A stretch of DNA of 64,000 nt from Carpediemonas membranifera BICM (GCA_019828565.1 JAHDYR010000069.1:372001-436000), one strand, 5' to 3'. Positions 1-11,481 are shown, numbered from the stretch's first letter. The notes: a model not told the origin generated them from the letters alone. Program-made: numbers and translations.

Positions 1-1449
1 GACCTTGAACGGCAGGACCAGTGGTCGTGCCGTGCTGAGGAGCTGACGCACTTTAGGACCGCCTAGGAACTGCTCGGCGAGTTTGAAGACAGTGCCGGCG
101 TATCTGAGAGTCTTGTCGCCGTAGAAGATGTTGTAGCTCTGGCCGCCAAAGGCTACGACTTCGACCGGGTACGGAAGAGGTGCGAAACTGCCCAGACGTC
201 GCGAGTGCCCCAGGCCGAGCTGGCCTTTGTCATTCCTTCCCCCAATCATTTGATTACCCTCGTCATCCGTGACAACAGCGACGTACTCCTCAGCGATGAC
301 CCGGGCGGCCCTGAAGTCCTGGGGCATCGGGCAAGGGTGGAACAAGTCGGTGTCGGTGTCTGGTCCGGCAGAGTTCAAGTGTCTGCTGACCAGGCCACAG
401 GCTACCGTGCCTGCGCGGGTGACTATGACAGTGCAGTAGTAGGTCATGGCGACAGACAGCACGAGTTTGCCCTTGTGCCAGGGTGGCAGGGTGCGTTCGT
501 AGGCGTCGACCTTGGGACAGGCCGTGAATTTGACACGGCGGGGTTCGATGATCGGCTCGGGTTCGATCCCGTCATCGTCGAGCTCGGCCTCGTAGTCGAA
601 GACGTTATGGTGCACGATTGCTGCGGCGTGGCCGAGCGTGCCGTTGTACCCAGTGCCCCAGGTGAACACCCCCTTGGGCGACAGCGCGAGCACCCCGTCT
701 CGGGCAACGTGGATGTCTACCACGGGCGGCATTCGGACATGTGCGTACACAGTGGCGGCCTTTTGGTTAGTGCGGACGCCGAGGGTGTGCCAGATGTTGC
801 TGCCCCGAGTGAAGAGGCGGCCTGCGTACAGGCGGGTGAACATGGGCGTGTCGTCGGCATGGTGGGTCTGCGCGGTGCCGTCCTTGATGGCCACGTGGCA
901 CGTGTAAAAGAACTTCTTACACAGGAACCAGAGGCACTTGGCGGTGCTGGTGTATGTCTTGTTGGCTGGTCTGGGGTGGTATCTCTCGTCCTCGCTGTCA
1001 TCCAGGTCTGGGTCGGCGCCCCCCGCCATCATGATCGCCCAAATCGTGCCCTGGAGCAGAGTGTGGAGACGGATGGGGAGGTCCTCGCCGTCTTCGAGAA
1101 GGATGTTCATGCTCAGTTCAGCGGGGGTTGTGAGCAGCTTCTTGGCCTGTTGGACGAAGCCGACGGCCTTTGGGTCGGTGAGAACCAGAGTGACCATGAG
1201 CTCGAGATGGGGCGATTCTAGAGATACTGGGAGCAGAGAATCGAGGAGTGTGGACAAACTCTCGATCGTGTACTTGGCTAGATTGACCTTTGACGTTTGT
1301 TTGGGAAGCTTTTCGCCAAACTGTACCTCGAACGCTATGCTGAGAAGCAGCGGAATCTTTGCGCCTGGAACATCGGCGTACAGATGCTCAGCAATGCGAT
1401 GAGCTGAAATCATCGCTTCACGAACGTTCCGGAACTTAAGTTGGTGCAT
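1..1449 (-). CDS. RCC1/BLIP-II-like expanded-family protein (runs off window start)
   Basis: Manual minus-strand translation from ATG 1449 gives MHQLKFRNVREAMISAHRIA...LSMNILLEDGEDLPIRLHTLLQGTIWAIMMAGGADPDL...CLWFLCKKFF...KGVFTWGTGYNGTLG. It has the same blocks as 3047-4792, 54231-55916 and 57501-59336. It is absent from the ORF track, probably because no stop falls in the window. Confidence 0.8.
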   Translation of the reverse strand, partial: MHQLKFRNVREAMISAHRIAEHLYADVPGAKIPLLLSIAFEVQFGEKLPKQTSKVNLAKYTIESLSTLLDSLLPVSLESPHLELMVTLVLTDPKAVGFVQQAKKLLTTPAELSMNILLEDGEDLPIRLHTLLQGTIWAIMMAGGADPDLDDSEDERYHPRPANKTYTSTAKCLWFLCKKFFYTCHVAIKDGTAQTHHADDTPMFTRLYAGRLFTRGSNIWHTLGVRTNQKAATVYAHVRMPPVVDIHVARDGVLALSPKGVFTWGTGYNGTLGHAAAIVHHNVFDYEAELDDDGIEPEPIIEPRRVKFTACPKVDAYERTLPPWHKGKLVLSVAMTYYCTVIVTRAGTVACGLVSRHLNSAGPDTDTDLFHPCPMPQDFRAARVIAEEYVAVVTDDEGNQMIGGRNDKGQLGLGHSRRLGSFAPLPYPVEVVAFGGQSYNIFYGDKTLRYAGTVFKLAEQFLGGPKVRQLLSTARPLVLPFKV

Positions 1450-1635
1450 GGCGCGCGGGTTTGCGTATTAAACTGCACTGTGCATTCCTCCGCTGGGGCC
1501 GCGCCCAATCCAGGAAGAGCACTCTTGTCTTGGATGACTGACGGTTTTCTCTCCGTGCTAGACCCCCTCTGCTCAAGTCCAAGGTCCATCACATCACTGC
1601 CCAAACCCGCTATCTCATACTGTTTAACTAGGCCC

Positions 1636-2700
1636 CTAAGGCTTGACGTAGATCGCACGGGAGTGCTTCGCGTCCTGGTCGATCACGATAAGCCGTCTAT
1701 CGGCGGTGACTCCGGCCAGAGTCGGATGGGTGACTGCCACAGTAGTTTTGAGATAGTCACTGACTGCCCAGTCGCCGTGGGCCCTAGAGAGAACGACGTG
1801 GGCCATGTGCTCCTCGGTAGGCTTGTTGTGCTTGCCGTTGTTCATGAAAAACACCTCAATGTGGTCAGTGTCGACAATCCTAGCAGCAAGAGTGCATGCC
1901 GACAGGTCCACGCCGGGCACCTCGGCCGCTGTGAACGTGTGGCGGTGTGTGACGAGCTTGTTGTCGTGCTGGAATATGACGACCGAGGGGTGGGTGTGAG
2001 AGATGAAGAGGGCGAGGTTGAACCCGCCGTGGGCACACGTGGCGCCTGTGCTGAAGCCACCAGGGACCCCGCCGGAGTTGGTGACGTCCCACTCGCCGGA
2101 CAAGTCGCGGACAACAAGGTTGAATTCGTCGGCGTTCACGGCAACGATGACGTTGGTGTTAAGGGCCTGGATGGCGGTGGGGTTGTGCATGTGCGCATCA
2201 CCGCCGGTCCATGGGCTAGGCTCGAAGCTGTCCTCGTCGTCGTGCATGAAGTAGTCGTTGATGGTGCCGTCGCTGTCGAGGGCGACCAAGTGATCGATCG
2301 AGATGTAGGCAGCAGTGTTCTTGGCGCCGAGGTCGAGGCATTGGACTGGCTTGAGGTTGTATCCGTCACGGGTGTACACAGCGACGGCGTTGTTGTGCTT
2401 GCCGGTTGTGTCCTTGAGCGAGACAATGAGGCGAGTGAGCGTTAGAACCATGGGCTCAGCCACGTCGTAGCGATCGTCAACAAGGGAACCGTTCTTGGAC
2501 CAGTATCTGTCGTTGTCGCTGATATACACATAGAGATGCGCGGGCTTGTTCTCCTCGCGGACTTCCATGATGACCATTTGTTCATCGCCGATGCCGCCAG
2601 CGAAGGGGCCGTCAGTGTTCGTGGCCGGAATCATCGCAATATTGTACGCGGAAAGAGCTAGTGCCGCGGCGAAACAAGCAAGAAAAGCTGTGATTTTCAT
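1636..2700 (-). CDS. Putative secreted protein of unknown function
   Basis: From ATG 2700 it reads MKITAFLACFAAALALSA, a signal-peptide-like start. Long ORF followed by a TTAAAC 3' signal after the stop. Confidence 0.7.
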   Translation of the reverse strand: MKITAFLACFAAALALSAYNIAMIPATNTDGPFAGGIGDEQMVIMEVREENKPAHLYVYISDNDRYWSKNGSLVDDRYDVAEPMVLTLTRLIVSLKDTTGKHNNAVAVYTRDGYNLKPVQCLDLGAKNTAAYISIDHLVALDSDGTINDYFMHDDEDSFEPSPWTGGDAHMHNPTAIQALNTNVIVAVNADEFNLVVRDLSGEWDVTNSGGVPGGFSTGATCAHGGFNLALFISHTHPSVVIFQHDNKLVTHRHTFTAAEVPGVDLSACTLAARIVDTDHIEVFFMNNGKHNKPTEEHMAHVVLSRAHGDWAVSDYLKTTVAVTHPTLAGVTADRRLIVIDQDAKHSRAIYVKP

Positions 2701-3046
2701 ACTTGGGGTCTTCTGTCCAAAGATTCGTCTTGACCCACCGCATCTGAGATCCACCACGGAATCTGGGTCTCATCTTCCGTATCAAACGCCGCACACCGCA
2801 GCACTGTTCAAAAAATCAGTCCCTGTTTACTGCTAGTCACAGAACTCGCCGTCCTTGTCTTCGTAAAACTCTGGGCAGGTCTTCTTCTGCTGTGTGCTCG
2901 GTGTATTCTTCTCGTTGACCTTCTTCTTAACTGGCATCGCCCGTATGTTGTGTTCTGGCAGGGTTCGCAGAGTGCTGGTTCGCATCTCGCAGGGTTGAGA
3001 GCCATGTCGAAGTTGGGCCGGCTGATGCTCATTTATCATCAATGTA

Positions 3047-4792
3047 TCACTCACTCCAGGGCTCGAGGTCGACCAGGACGACCGGGTCAACCAGTTGTAC
3101 CCTCTCGGGTGCCTCGCACTCGACCACCTCCGCCGACCCTTTGGTGACCTTGCGTTCAAACCACTGGCCAGCAGGGTTTTGATACTGGAGGTGAAATGGC
3201 TCACAAGCGCAGACTTCGAATGGGAGTGTAAACGAGTCCTCCTCCGTGACGACGTGACTCTCGCCCTCTCCTGCGAAAAGAACGAACGAGTAATCCGCAA
3301 GGATTCCAGTCACACGCCACGGGAGGCGGAGCGGGGTTGCAGTCTCGCAATAGTCGTCCGCTTTGAAGCCATGGAGCAGGCTAGCATACAGAGGCGTGAC
3401 CTCCCCCGCGTACAGAAGCTTCTTGCCCGACATGAAAAGGTTGTGCTCCTCACTGGGCATGACTCGATCGACTCTGAATGGGAGGTCAACGAAGGTCTTC
3501 AGACCGTCCATGTGGCCCAACCCGAGCTGGCCACACGAGTTCTCCCCGCCTATGAGCTGTCGATCGCCCATGGATAGGACAACGAGCCGCTCCTCGTGGA
3601 TAATGCGATCTGGGACAAAGCCGTCAGGCAGCGGGACAGGCCTGAAGTTGTGTTGGTTGGTCAGATCGCCGCCGAACCGGTTGCCAAACCCGAGCTTGCC
3701 TACGCCGACGAAAGGTCCGGCCATGATGGATGCTGCGACGGTGCCGACGGGCGTAACGAGGAAGGTGACCTGGCCGAAGAGAGAAAGCATGGTCACTAGC
3801 TCGTGTTTGCTCCAGGCGGGAAGGATGGCTTCGTACTCGGCGACCTTGGGGCAGGCTGGGAAGGTGAGGCGGGTCGGGTCAACTGGAGTGCGTCTGTTCT
3901 CCGGCTCGAACCCGAGCTGGCTCATAAAGTTGTCCCCCCAGCCCCACATGCCCTTGGGAGTCCTGGCAATGTGTGTGTTACCGTTGCTGCAGATCTCGAG
4001 GGCCCTGGGCATCCTAACGCGAGAGAACATCGGGTGGTTGCAGTCGATCATAAAGAGTCGGCCCATGTACATGCGGTGCACGAGGCTCTCCCAGGTGTAC
4101 CTATTGCCGTCCTTCTCGGCAACTTGGTGGCAGAAACGGAACTTGCGGCAGAGGAACCAGAGGCACCTGGCTTCTGGTGCGTATGAAACGGGGTTGGGGG
4201 TTCGCTTCTTGCCCGCCTTGCCTTGCTTCTTGGACTTCTTGAAAGCGGCGGGCTTCGGCTCGAGGTCTGGGTTGGCCCCAGCTTCCATGAGGATGGCCCA
4301 CAGCGTGCCCTGGAGCAGCGTGTACAGGGCGACCGGGAGCTCCTGCCCCTCTGTGAGTTCAACGTTCATGGACAGATGAGGGCCGTCTGTGAGGATGGAG
4401 AGGGCGCGATCAAGGAGGACTTGTGCAGTTAGTTTCAGAGGGGGAATTCTCGAGAGCATCACTTGCAGGGATTCGAGTTCAGTGGTGCTTCCCGAAGCAC
4501 CGTTGATCTCTGAATCGCGCTCTACCGGCAGTACCTTGTTGAAGTGCCTGGAATAGGCGTGGCGGATGAGAGAAGGGATGTCCCCGGGAACAGAGGCGGT
4601 TGCGAGGACCGAAAGATGGAATGCAGCCATAAGCGCTTGCTCAGTGTCCATTGGTTTGGAGTCGTTCGGTGTCGCTGGCTCCCCCATCATAGTATACCTC
4701 GTCGTACTATTATGCATCCACAGTCGTCGAGTCGTATCCCACCGAGATACGCCAAGAGTGCTTGTGCCAGTCTCTGACATCACAAACACCAC
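3047..4792 (-). CDS. RCC1/BLIP-II-like expanded-family protein
   Basis: RCC1-like GMWGWGDNFMSQLG and GENSCGQLGLGH; family motif LSMNVEL..G.ELPVAL.TLLQGT.WA.L.E.GA.PDL and WFLCRKF. Start codon uncertain. Confidence 0.8.
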   Translation of the reverse strand: MVFVMSETGTSTLGVSRWDTTRRLWMHNSTTRYTMMGEPATPNDSKPMDTEQALMAAFHLSVLATASVPGDIPSLIRHAYSRHFNKVLPVERDSEINGASGSTTELESLQVMLSRIPPLKLTAQVLLDRALSILTDGPHLSMNVELTEGQELPVALYTLLQGTLWAILMEAGANPDLEPKPAAFKKSKKQGKAGKKRTPNPVSYAPEARCLWFLCRKFRFCHQVAEKDGNRYTWESLVHRMYMGRLFMIDCNHPMFSRVRMPRALEICSNGNTHIARTPKGMWGWGDNFMSQLGFEPENRRTPVDPTRLTFPACPKVAEYEAILPAWSKHELVTMLSLFGQVTFLVTPVGTVAASIMAGPFVGVGKLGFGNRFGGDLTNQHNFRPVPLPDGFVPDRIIHEERLVVLSMGDRQLIGGENSCGQLGLGHMDGLKTFVDLPFRVDRVMPSEEHNLFMSGKKLLYAGEVTPLYASLLHGFKADDYCETATPLRLPWRVTGILADYSFVLFAGEGESHVVTEEDSFTLPFEVCACEPFHLQYQNPAGQWFERKVTKGSAEVVECEAPERVQLVDPVVLVDLEPWSE

Positions 4793-5017
4793 GCTGCATT
4801 GCCGAGCGCCAGCTGTCCTATCTCGCCTGTTCGCTTACTCTTCTGCTCCAGCCTCCCCGCATGAGGGCGCACTGTCCTAGCCCCTTGATGCGATATCTTC
4901 CTAATGCGGTGTATACCCACGGCTGTCGTATTATGCACACATAGCAAGGCTAACATTTGAGACAACAGCACGATCGCGTGCAGTTTAACTACTATCAAGC
5001 ACATACCCCCCCACCTC

Positions 5018-6078
5018 TCACGCCAGGTTCTTGATCCCCATGAGGGCGAGCGAGCTAGTCTCCGGGTCGAACTGGTAGATCACAAGCTGGCCCCCAGTCG
5101 ACACGACACAAACAGTGTGCGGGTCAGCCCAACGCACAGACGTGCCCTCCTTACCCACGCACAGGCTGGGGAGGGTCACCCCGCACACGTCCCGCCGCTC
5201 CTGCATCCATTCCCCGATGGTCCGGCCCACCTTGGAGTCGGCATTGCGGGCACTGACAGAGGGAATCTCGAAAATGTGTAAAGTACCGCGAGCTGACACA
5301 GCGCAGAGGTGGGAGCCGGTAGGGGAGAAGGCCATGGACAGTATGGCGCACGAGGCTGACCCTCGTCTGCACACAGCAACCCTCACCCCCTCGGGTAAAG
5401 CGAAGACGCGGACAATGGTTCCAGTCTGAGATGCCGTAGCCATGAGCGCCACCTGACCCGACCACCCCAGAGCTATGGTTTGGACTGGGCTCTTGTGGGC
5501 CTCAAGGACGATGACGCCGTGTGGTCTGGGCGGGGTCGGGTCGAAGACAAGGACCCTGCCCACAGTCTCGGAGAGGGCGTACGCGATGTACTGGGGCAGC
5601 GCTGTGTGTGTCCTGCTAGGGATCTGGACTGCTAGCGGCGAGCACTGCAGGAATGGCCGGGAGACGTGGATGGGGGATGATGGGGCATGGATGTCGAAGA
5701 TGTAGAGCGAATGCGCCGTGCGTACAAGGAGAGAGGCATCTGTGAGGGCAAGCTCGGTGACCGGCTCGGGGATTTGGAGTCTGTGGAGCCAGTCACCCTG
5801 TTCTGTGATGTTTCCGATGAAGACAGTTGTGTCGGGAGCGGAATCATCCGTAATAGCGCCTGATAAGATACAGAGTGCTGATTTCTTATATATACACGCG
5901 GAATTGACTGTATTCAGATCATCTCTGGCGACGAGGCCTGTGTAACTATTGAAAAAGAGTACGTGCGACGAAAAGGAGAAGTCTGAAACATGCTGAAGCC
6001 ATGCTGCAGCTGTACTCCAACTATAGATCCATCTGTACTAAACGTAGCACCAATAATCTTGGATCCGCCGTTGTTCAT
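5018..6078 (-). CDS. ATG18: Atg18/WIPI PROPPIN WD40 protein (one short intron near 5925-5969)
   Basis: AHKSPV...MATASQTGTIVRVF...CRRG (FRRG-like)...SARGTLHIF. N-terminus MNNGGSKIIGATFSTDG...GFSMFQTSPF read manually; a short intron is needed to join the frames. Confidence 0.75.
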
Positions 6079-6315
6079 CGTTGGTTGTATAACGATGCCG
6101 ACTCATACCCGACTCCCAGCATGAACACCGGCCAGCGGCGTGCGCCCAACGTCCGTCATACACCGTAAAACGTGCGGGAAAACAGCCCCACCCTGCCCGG
6201 CTCTTCAATCCCGAGCTCCACCCATCCAACACTGCAAGACCCAGACCACCCATGCCATCTCCATACTGTGCAACGGCTAGTGCATTTATAGTATATAATC
6301 AATGTTACATTCGAG

Positions 6316-7167
6316 CTACTCCTCCTCGTCGGAGGAATCGTCTCTCAACGACAGCAAAATCTCGCAAATATCAGCCTCGAACCCGCGCCTGCCGTCAATT
6401 TGCTGTACGTGCTTGCTGTTGAGTGGATAGACCCAATGGACACCCAACCGGTGCCTCGGTGCGAGGTCGGCCCACATTTGCATGAGGAGGGTGTTGATGG
6501 CGTTGGCAATCATCCGTCTGGATCCGTTGAACGTCGTCTTCATCTCCTTAATGACGTCGAGCATAGTGGCGTATATGAACGTCTTACTGGGCAGCTCAAT
6601 AGTTACTGGGATGTCTCCGAATAGGAGGCTTTTCTCGGGGCAGTGAGTCATCAACCGATCAAACGCCGTGTCTTTCACGGCCCCCACAGGGCCTAGGGAG
6701 GACATCGTGGGCTGCTGGTGCATTGGGAGTGTGGGGAACGCCTCGATACACCGCAGCACTGCCGCCCACCTCGGGATGTTGCCGCACCTGATCTGGGCGC
6801 GGAGCTCGCCGTACCACGGCTGAGCCTGGTAGAAGGAGAGGTCGGGGGCCTTGTCTGAGGTCAGGTGGCACAGCACGCAGGTCCCCTGAGAGCATCCTGA
6901 GTGGAGGCTGACGGTGGGGGGCTTGGCTCGGTCCACTGGGCACAGGCAAATGGGGAGCCCGCGGTTTCTACAGGTGCATTCGGGTGTTTGGCCGTAAGGG
7001 TGGATATCAATGGCAGCTCCGCGACTTCCTACGCGATAGTATTTGCCATCCCACTCGTCCACATCTCCAGAAGTATGCCTATCGGGGATCAGACGATCTG
7101 TGTCAATTTCTACGCTTTTGAGAACATCTAAGCCATCTCTTTGGAACATATATGTCTGTTTGGCCAA
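6316..7167 (-). CDS. Hypothetical protein with Cys/His cluster
   Basis: 283-aa ORF with CTC..CLC..HSGCSQGTCVLCH; no family recognised; non-ATG start in the track. Confidence 0.5.
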   Translation of the reverse strand: MAKQTYMFQRDGLDVLKSVEIDTDRLIPDRHTSGDVDEWDGKYYRVGSRGAAIDIHPYGQTPECTCRNRGLPICLCPVDRAKPPTVSLHSGCSQGTCVLCHLTSDKAPDLSFYQAQPWYGELRAQIRCGNIPRWAAVLRCIEAFPTLPMHQQPTMSSLGPVGAVKDTAFDRLMTHCPEKSLLFGDIPVTIELPSKTFIYATMLDVIKEMKTTFNGSRRMIANAINTLLMQMWADLAPRHRLGVHWVYPLNSKHVQQIDGRRGFEADICEILLSLRDDSSDEEE

Positions 7168-7764
7168 GAAAGCGGCAAGGTCTTCCTAAAGTGCGACGAA
7201 ATTTCAAGGTTCCCACCAGCCAGGAGCATCCAATCGACAGCCATATGATCGGGGGTCTAGCGTGGACGCGGTAGTACAATGGCTGTAATATCTCCAGTTC
7301 GGGTCACACGCTGAAGAATACATAAGGTTGGCTAACGTATCTCTGACAACGATAAGATCCGTTATGGACCTTATTTCGAGTCCTGAGACAGGAAGATTAT
7401 GTCCAAATCAAAGGCTTTGACCAATGCTGGAATGGCGAATCAAGTTCCGTATCATGCGATCCAAAGTTTGGGATCGTCTCAAAGATGCTACGGGCCGATG
7501 GGAGGCATGCTGGAACATGGTTTCATTGGCAAACGACCGATCTTGCTCTGCCACATATGTCGGTGTTTGCGAGTTTTCGCCAGCACATCGGATCATCGCA
7601 ATCTTCGAGGATTCTTTACTCTTGTGCTGAATCAAACCCAATCATCACCAATCGACCATCTAACAACATCAATCCAACCATTGCCAACAGCCCCATGAAC
7701 ATCAACAGAGTTCTTTACCCCTAGTTGTTTCGCACCAGTCCACACCATTCCATCTCCGACTCCG

Positions 7765-10101
7765 CTACACACGCGCCATGAAGCTCGACGTCTGGTCCAG
7801 AGCAGACCTGATGGCGTAGTCCCAATTGATCCGCCCGCTATGATGAACCCGAGCCGAAACGGACGATCTAGCCCTGTGCATCCGGACGGTTGACTCCCCG
7901 TCATCCGAGGCCGCCGGTGACGTCTGTAGTGACGCCCGCCTACTCGCTGAACGCATGGGAAGCTCTGCGCTGTCGCTCTGAAGGTACATGCGGCGGATTT
8001 CCTTTCTGTACCGCATGGCGATGGCATCCCGTTTCAACTCATGTGTGTTTGTCAGAAGCTGGTTGGCTATGCTGAATCCGGCATCTGTAAGCGTCACTGC
8101 TGTCACAATAGCGAAACCAGGAAGTCCATTTGTCCTCCCATAGTTCTGGAGCAGCTCAAGTACAAGAGCTACCACCTCTGGATGTTCACACATCTGAGAC
8201 AACGGCAGCTCAGCCAAGACTGTGTCATTAGTCCGCTGGAGATGCGTCTGGAGCTCCTGTAGGGCGGGCTTGACGATACAGACCGGGGCGGGGTGGTACT
8301 CAGAGCCGTGGAGATAAACCTGCTCCACCACGTCACAGCGAGAGTAGACTTCCTCGATGGGCTGGACAGCGATGTATACGCCACTGGAGAGACGAAGGAT
8401 GTGCTTTTCTCGGTCAATGATGGTCAAAGTGCCGTCTGCATTTCTACACGCGATATCCCCTGTCTTGAACCACCCGTCAGCGGTCATAACAGCTCTCGTG
8501 AGGTCCGGGTTCTTGTGGTACCCCCTAAACACGTTTGACCCTCTCACTGCCACCTCACCGAAGCCAAACACGGGATGAAACCGCCTTTCCTTCTCCAGAC
8601 TTGGCACAGTCATGAGTTTGATCTCGCAGCACTCGCTCACTGGTGTTCCGACGCATCCTGGGGCTGGATGGTCAAAGGAAGTCATGAGACTGACCGCCGT
8701 AGTCTCGGTGTTCCCGTATCCTTGGAGGATGACGCACGAGAAGCAGACCATGAAGAAATCCTGGACCAGGGGCGGCAAGGGGGCGCCGCCGCACACTACA
8801 TACTCGAGACGACCGCCGAGGAGGGCGCGGATGTCGCCAAAGGCGGCGTCGTCAAAGGCGGGAAGACGCTCGCCGGGCAGACAGATGTTTCGTTTGACCT
8901 GGTACGCCGCGGTGTAGAACCATCGCTGCTGGAGCGACTGCCGCTGGATCTGTTTGAGCACGCTGTCGTAAATTCTGTTGAGTACGCGAGGCACAGTGAA
9001 GAGGAACGTCGGCCGGACCTCCTGGCAGTCCTCGAGCAGAGACGACACGCCTACACTGGGGAAGGCCACAGCGCATCCGCTGGTGGTGCTGATGATTAGT
9101 GCGATGCGCTCGTACGCATGGGCGAGAGGGAGGAAAGATAGGCTGATGTCGGACGGCGTGTTGCTGTACGCCGCATGTGAGATTGACCCTGCTGCTGCAG
9201 AGATGAAGTTCGAGTGGGTGAGCACTGAGCCGACAGGCTCGGGGCCCTTGCTGAGATCGTAAAGGATCGAGGCGACGCTGTGCGCCTCGGGGTGGGGCAG
9301 GTGCGCGTGTGACACGGACTCTTGGACCGTGAGTCGCCGTGTGCGGCCCTCAGCCTCTACTGCGCTGAATAGGAGCAGGGCGGTGTCTGTGGCGCGGTCG
9401 GGCGGCCCCCCGACACTGGAAGTGTCGCTCGTGTCGGAGAGTTCCTGGGGCGTGAGGACCGATGATAGGTCGCACTCGGATGCGCGCGTGTGCAGGAAGC
9501 CGGATGCTACGGAGGTGCTGTACGTCTTGAGCGGAGCGGGAGCGAGTTTGGCGCCGAGTGAGCCTGGCGCTGCGATGGCCATGTCGCAGCCCGCCGCACG
9601 CATTTCAGCAAAGTCGTCGTCCATCTCAACGAGCATGTAGACGGAGGGGCAGTCCATCAGCAGCTCGGTCACGTACTGCGACTTATCGGGCGCACACACG
9701 ATGGCACTACACTCGGCCTGCTGGAGAATGAAGATCGCCTCCTCCGCAGAAAGGGCGTCATAAAGAGGAACGGTCACTGCGCTGCACATGTTGCAGGCGG
9801 CGTCGGCGATGACCCACTCGGGGCGGTTGTTGGCGAAGATGGCGACATGGGAACCGGCCCCGATGCCGTGGTGGTTCAATCCGTAGGCGAAATGCTGAAT
9901 ACGGTCGAAGATCTGCTCATACGTGTACCATTTGTATGGGCCGCGAGAATAGTCCGGTCTAAAAGAGCGTACGCCTAAGAATGGCCTGTCCTTGTACTGG
10001 CGAGCGGCGAAGCGGAAGTTCTCGAAGAGCGTTGTCGCCCCATTTGGTAAATGTGTTGTGAATGAGGGTTCAGAAGAAGCTCGGCTGCTTCCAACACCCA
10101 T
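7765..10101 (-). CDS. ACSL: Long-chain fatty acyl-CoA synthetase
   Basis: SFLPLAHAYER, QGYGNTET, GEVAVRG.NVF.GY, DGWFKTGD, IIDREK. Likely start MGVGSS (myristoylation-like). Confidence 0.9.
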   Translation of the reverse strand: MGVGSSRASSEPSFTTHLPNGATTLFENFRFAARQYKDRPFLGVRSFRPDYSRGPYKWYTYEQIFDRIQHFAYGLNHHGIGAGSHVAIFANNRPEWVIADAACNMCSAVTVPLYDALSAEEAIFILQQAECSAIVCAPDKSQYVTELLMDCPSVYMLVEMDDDFAEMRAAGCDMAIAAPGSLGAKLAPAPLKTYSTSVASGFLHTRASECDLSSVLTPQELSDTSDTSSVGGPPDRATDTALLLFSAVEAEGRTRRLTVQESVSHAHLPHPEAHSVASILYDLSKGPEPVGSVLTHSNFISAAAGSISHAAYSNTPSDISLSFLPLAHAYERIALIISTTSGCAVAFPSVGVSSLLEDCQEVRPTFLFTVPRVLNRIYDSVLKQIQRQSLQQRWFYTAAYQVKRNICLPGERLPAFDDAAFGDIRALLGGRLEYVVCGGAPLPPLVQDFFMVCFSCVILQGYGNTETTAVSLMTSFDHPAPGCVGTPVSECCEIKLMTVPSLEKERRFHPVFGFGEVAVRGSNVFRGYHKNPDLTRAVMTADGWFKTGDIACRNADGTLTIIDREKHILRLSSGVYIAVQPIEEVYSRCDVVEQVYLHGSEYHPAPVCIVKPALQELQTHLQRTNDTVLAELPLSQMCEHPEVVALVLELLQNYGRTNGLPGFAIVTAVTLTDAGFSIANQLLTNTHELKRDAIAMRYRKEIRRMYLQSDSAELPMRSASRRASLQTSPAASDDGESTVRMHRARSSVSARVHHSGRINWDYAIRSALDQTSSFMARV

Positions 10102-10352
10102 ATCTAGCGGTATTGATGGTAAAAACGGTGGACTTTGCTCAATCCGTGCACACAAAATGCACTCGACAACTCTGGCGGACTGCATGGCGTCCGAGTCAAG
10201 CCAGCCTGCCGGAGAATCCCGCGGAGCCCGGATCTGCGCGTCGGCCACCCGATTGCTCCTGCTTTAAGATGCATTTCGTGCGCCCTCGATATTTACTCTT
10301 ATCAGTACCCTATTATGCCACTCCACCTGTCCATCACACACCACCCTCATAT

Positions 10353-11219
10353 TTACAACTGATAGCCGTCGACGGTGACCTTCTCGACGCCCTTCGCCAC
10401 AGCCCATCCACCCCTCTCGTCCCGCTGGAGATAGGACACCGCCTCGCCCACCACGACGCCGAGGACGGTGCCGGTGCTATCCCACGACGCCCCACCGATA
10501 GCCTGCCCGTTCACCTCGACCTTCGTGGCCGTCCACTCCGGCTTAGGCTGCACTGCCCTGTGAACAGTGACGCTCGAGGCGGTGGTCACCACGAATTCAG
10601 TCACGGTCGTGCCAAGGTCAGGGCACCAGGCGAGGGAGGTGACGTGGGCCACGCCCGACCCCGTTGGCCACAGCTCGGTGTCCTTGGTCCAAGTGATCCC
10701 GTCCTTCGACTTGAACAGCGCGAGGGGAGTGTGGAAGCCGCCCGCGACGAAGCGCATCATCTGGGTGGTGTCGGACTCGAAGCGGATGTCTGCGGGAGCC
10801 CATGCCACGGCAGTGACTTCGCCGCTAGCAAAGACGGAGACAGACGCGGTCGTCCAGCGGCCATTGCGGAAGGAGGTAATGTGAACATATCCGTCGTGGC
10901 CACCGCAGGCAACGATTGGCCCGAAAGCGTCGGGGGCGAAAGAAACCGAGGAAAGTGGCTTCGAAGCATCGACGGTGTGAGCTAGCGCGAAGTCATTCTT
11001 GTACCTCTCATTATAGATGTTCATGCGGCCATCATGTCCAGCGGTAGCGAGGTAGTTTCCGCACTTGGGGCTCGAGAAATCTACAGAGACAACCTCCCCG
11101 ACGTGCGCGTTGATTGAAGCACAAACAGCTGGTTCCGAGCCAACCGTCATGAGGTTAACAGTACCATTTTCATCTCCGATCGCGATCCGCGCGCCAGTGC
11201 CGTCGTAGGCGAAGGCCAT
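10353..11219 (-). CDS. Sec13/Seh1-family WD40 protein
   Basis: AYDGTGARIA, AHVGEVVSVDFSSPKCGNYLATAGHDG, SVSFAPDAFGPIVACGGHDG, VTAVAWAP, SLAWCP, SWDSTGTVL match the Sec13/Seh1 pattern. Confidence 0.75.
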   Translation of the reverse strand: MAFAYDGTGARIAIGDENGTVNLMTVGSEPAVCASINAHVGEVVSVDFSSPKCGNYLATAGHDGRMNIYNERYKNDFALAHTVDASKPLSSVSFAPDAFGPIVACGGHDGYVHITSFRNGRWTTASVSVFASGEVTAVAWAPADIRFESDTTQMMRFVAGGFHTPLALFKSKDGITWTKDTELWPTGSGVAHVTSLAWCPDLGTTVTEFVVTTASSVTVHRAVQPKPEWTATKVEVNGQAIGGASWDSTGTVLGVVVGEAVSYLQRDERGGWAVAKGVEKVTVDGYQL

Positions 11220-11481
11220 TTGATATTGTACTTCAACGTGCAAGAAAAAAAAAACGGCACGACACCCCTGTTGCCTGTCTTGTAGCGAGGGGTACACGTT
11301 AGTTGCACTCCCGGCGGAACTTTGCGCCTCTTCAAAATAATTATTTCGGCCAGGAATTGTCTTTCCGGCGCGAGCATGTCACCAGAAATAAACTCGGAGG
11401 GCAGAGCACCAACTGACTGAAAGCTGCATTTTATGGCCAAACCACGGCGTAGACGTCTACATCTACCCAACCAACGCTCTC

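Noticed and set aside
205-1221. 338-aa + strand ORF, and similar long shadow ORFs (1441-2445, 14667-15761, 22642-23610, 50830-52170, 55931-56866)
   Set aside because: Antisense shadows of genuine minus-strand genes, produced by GC-rich codon bias.
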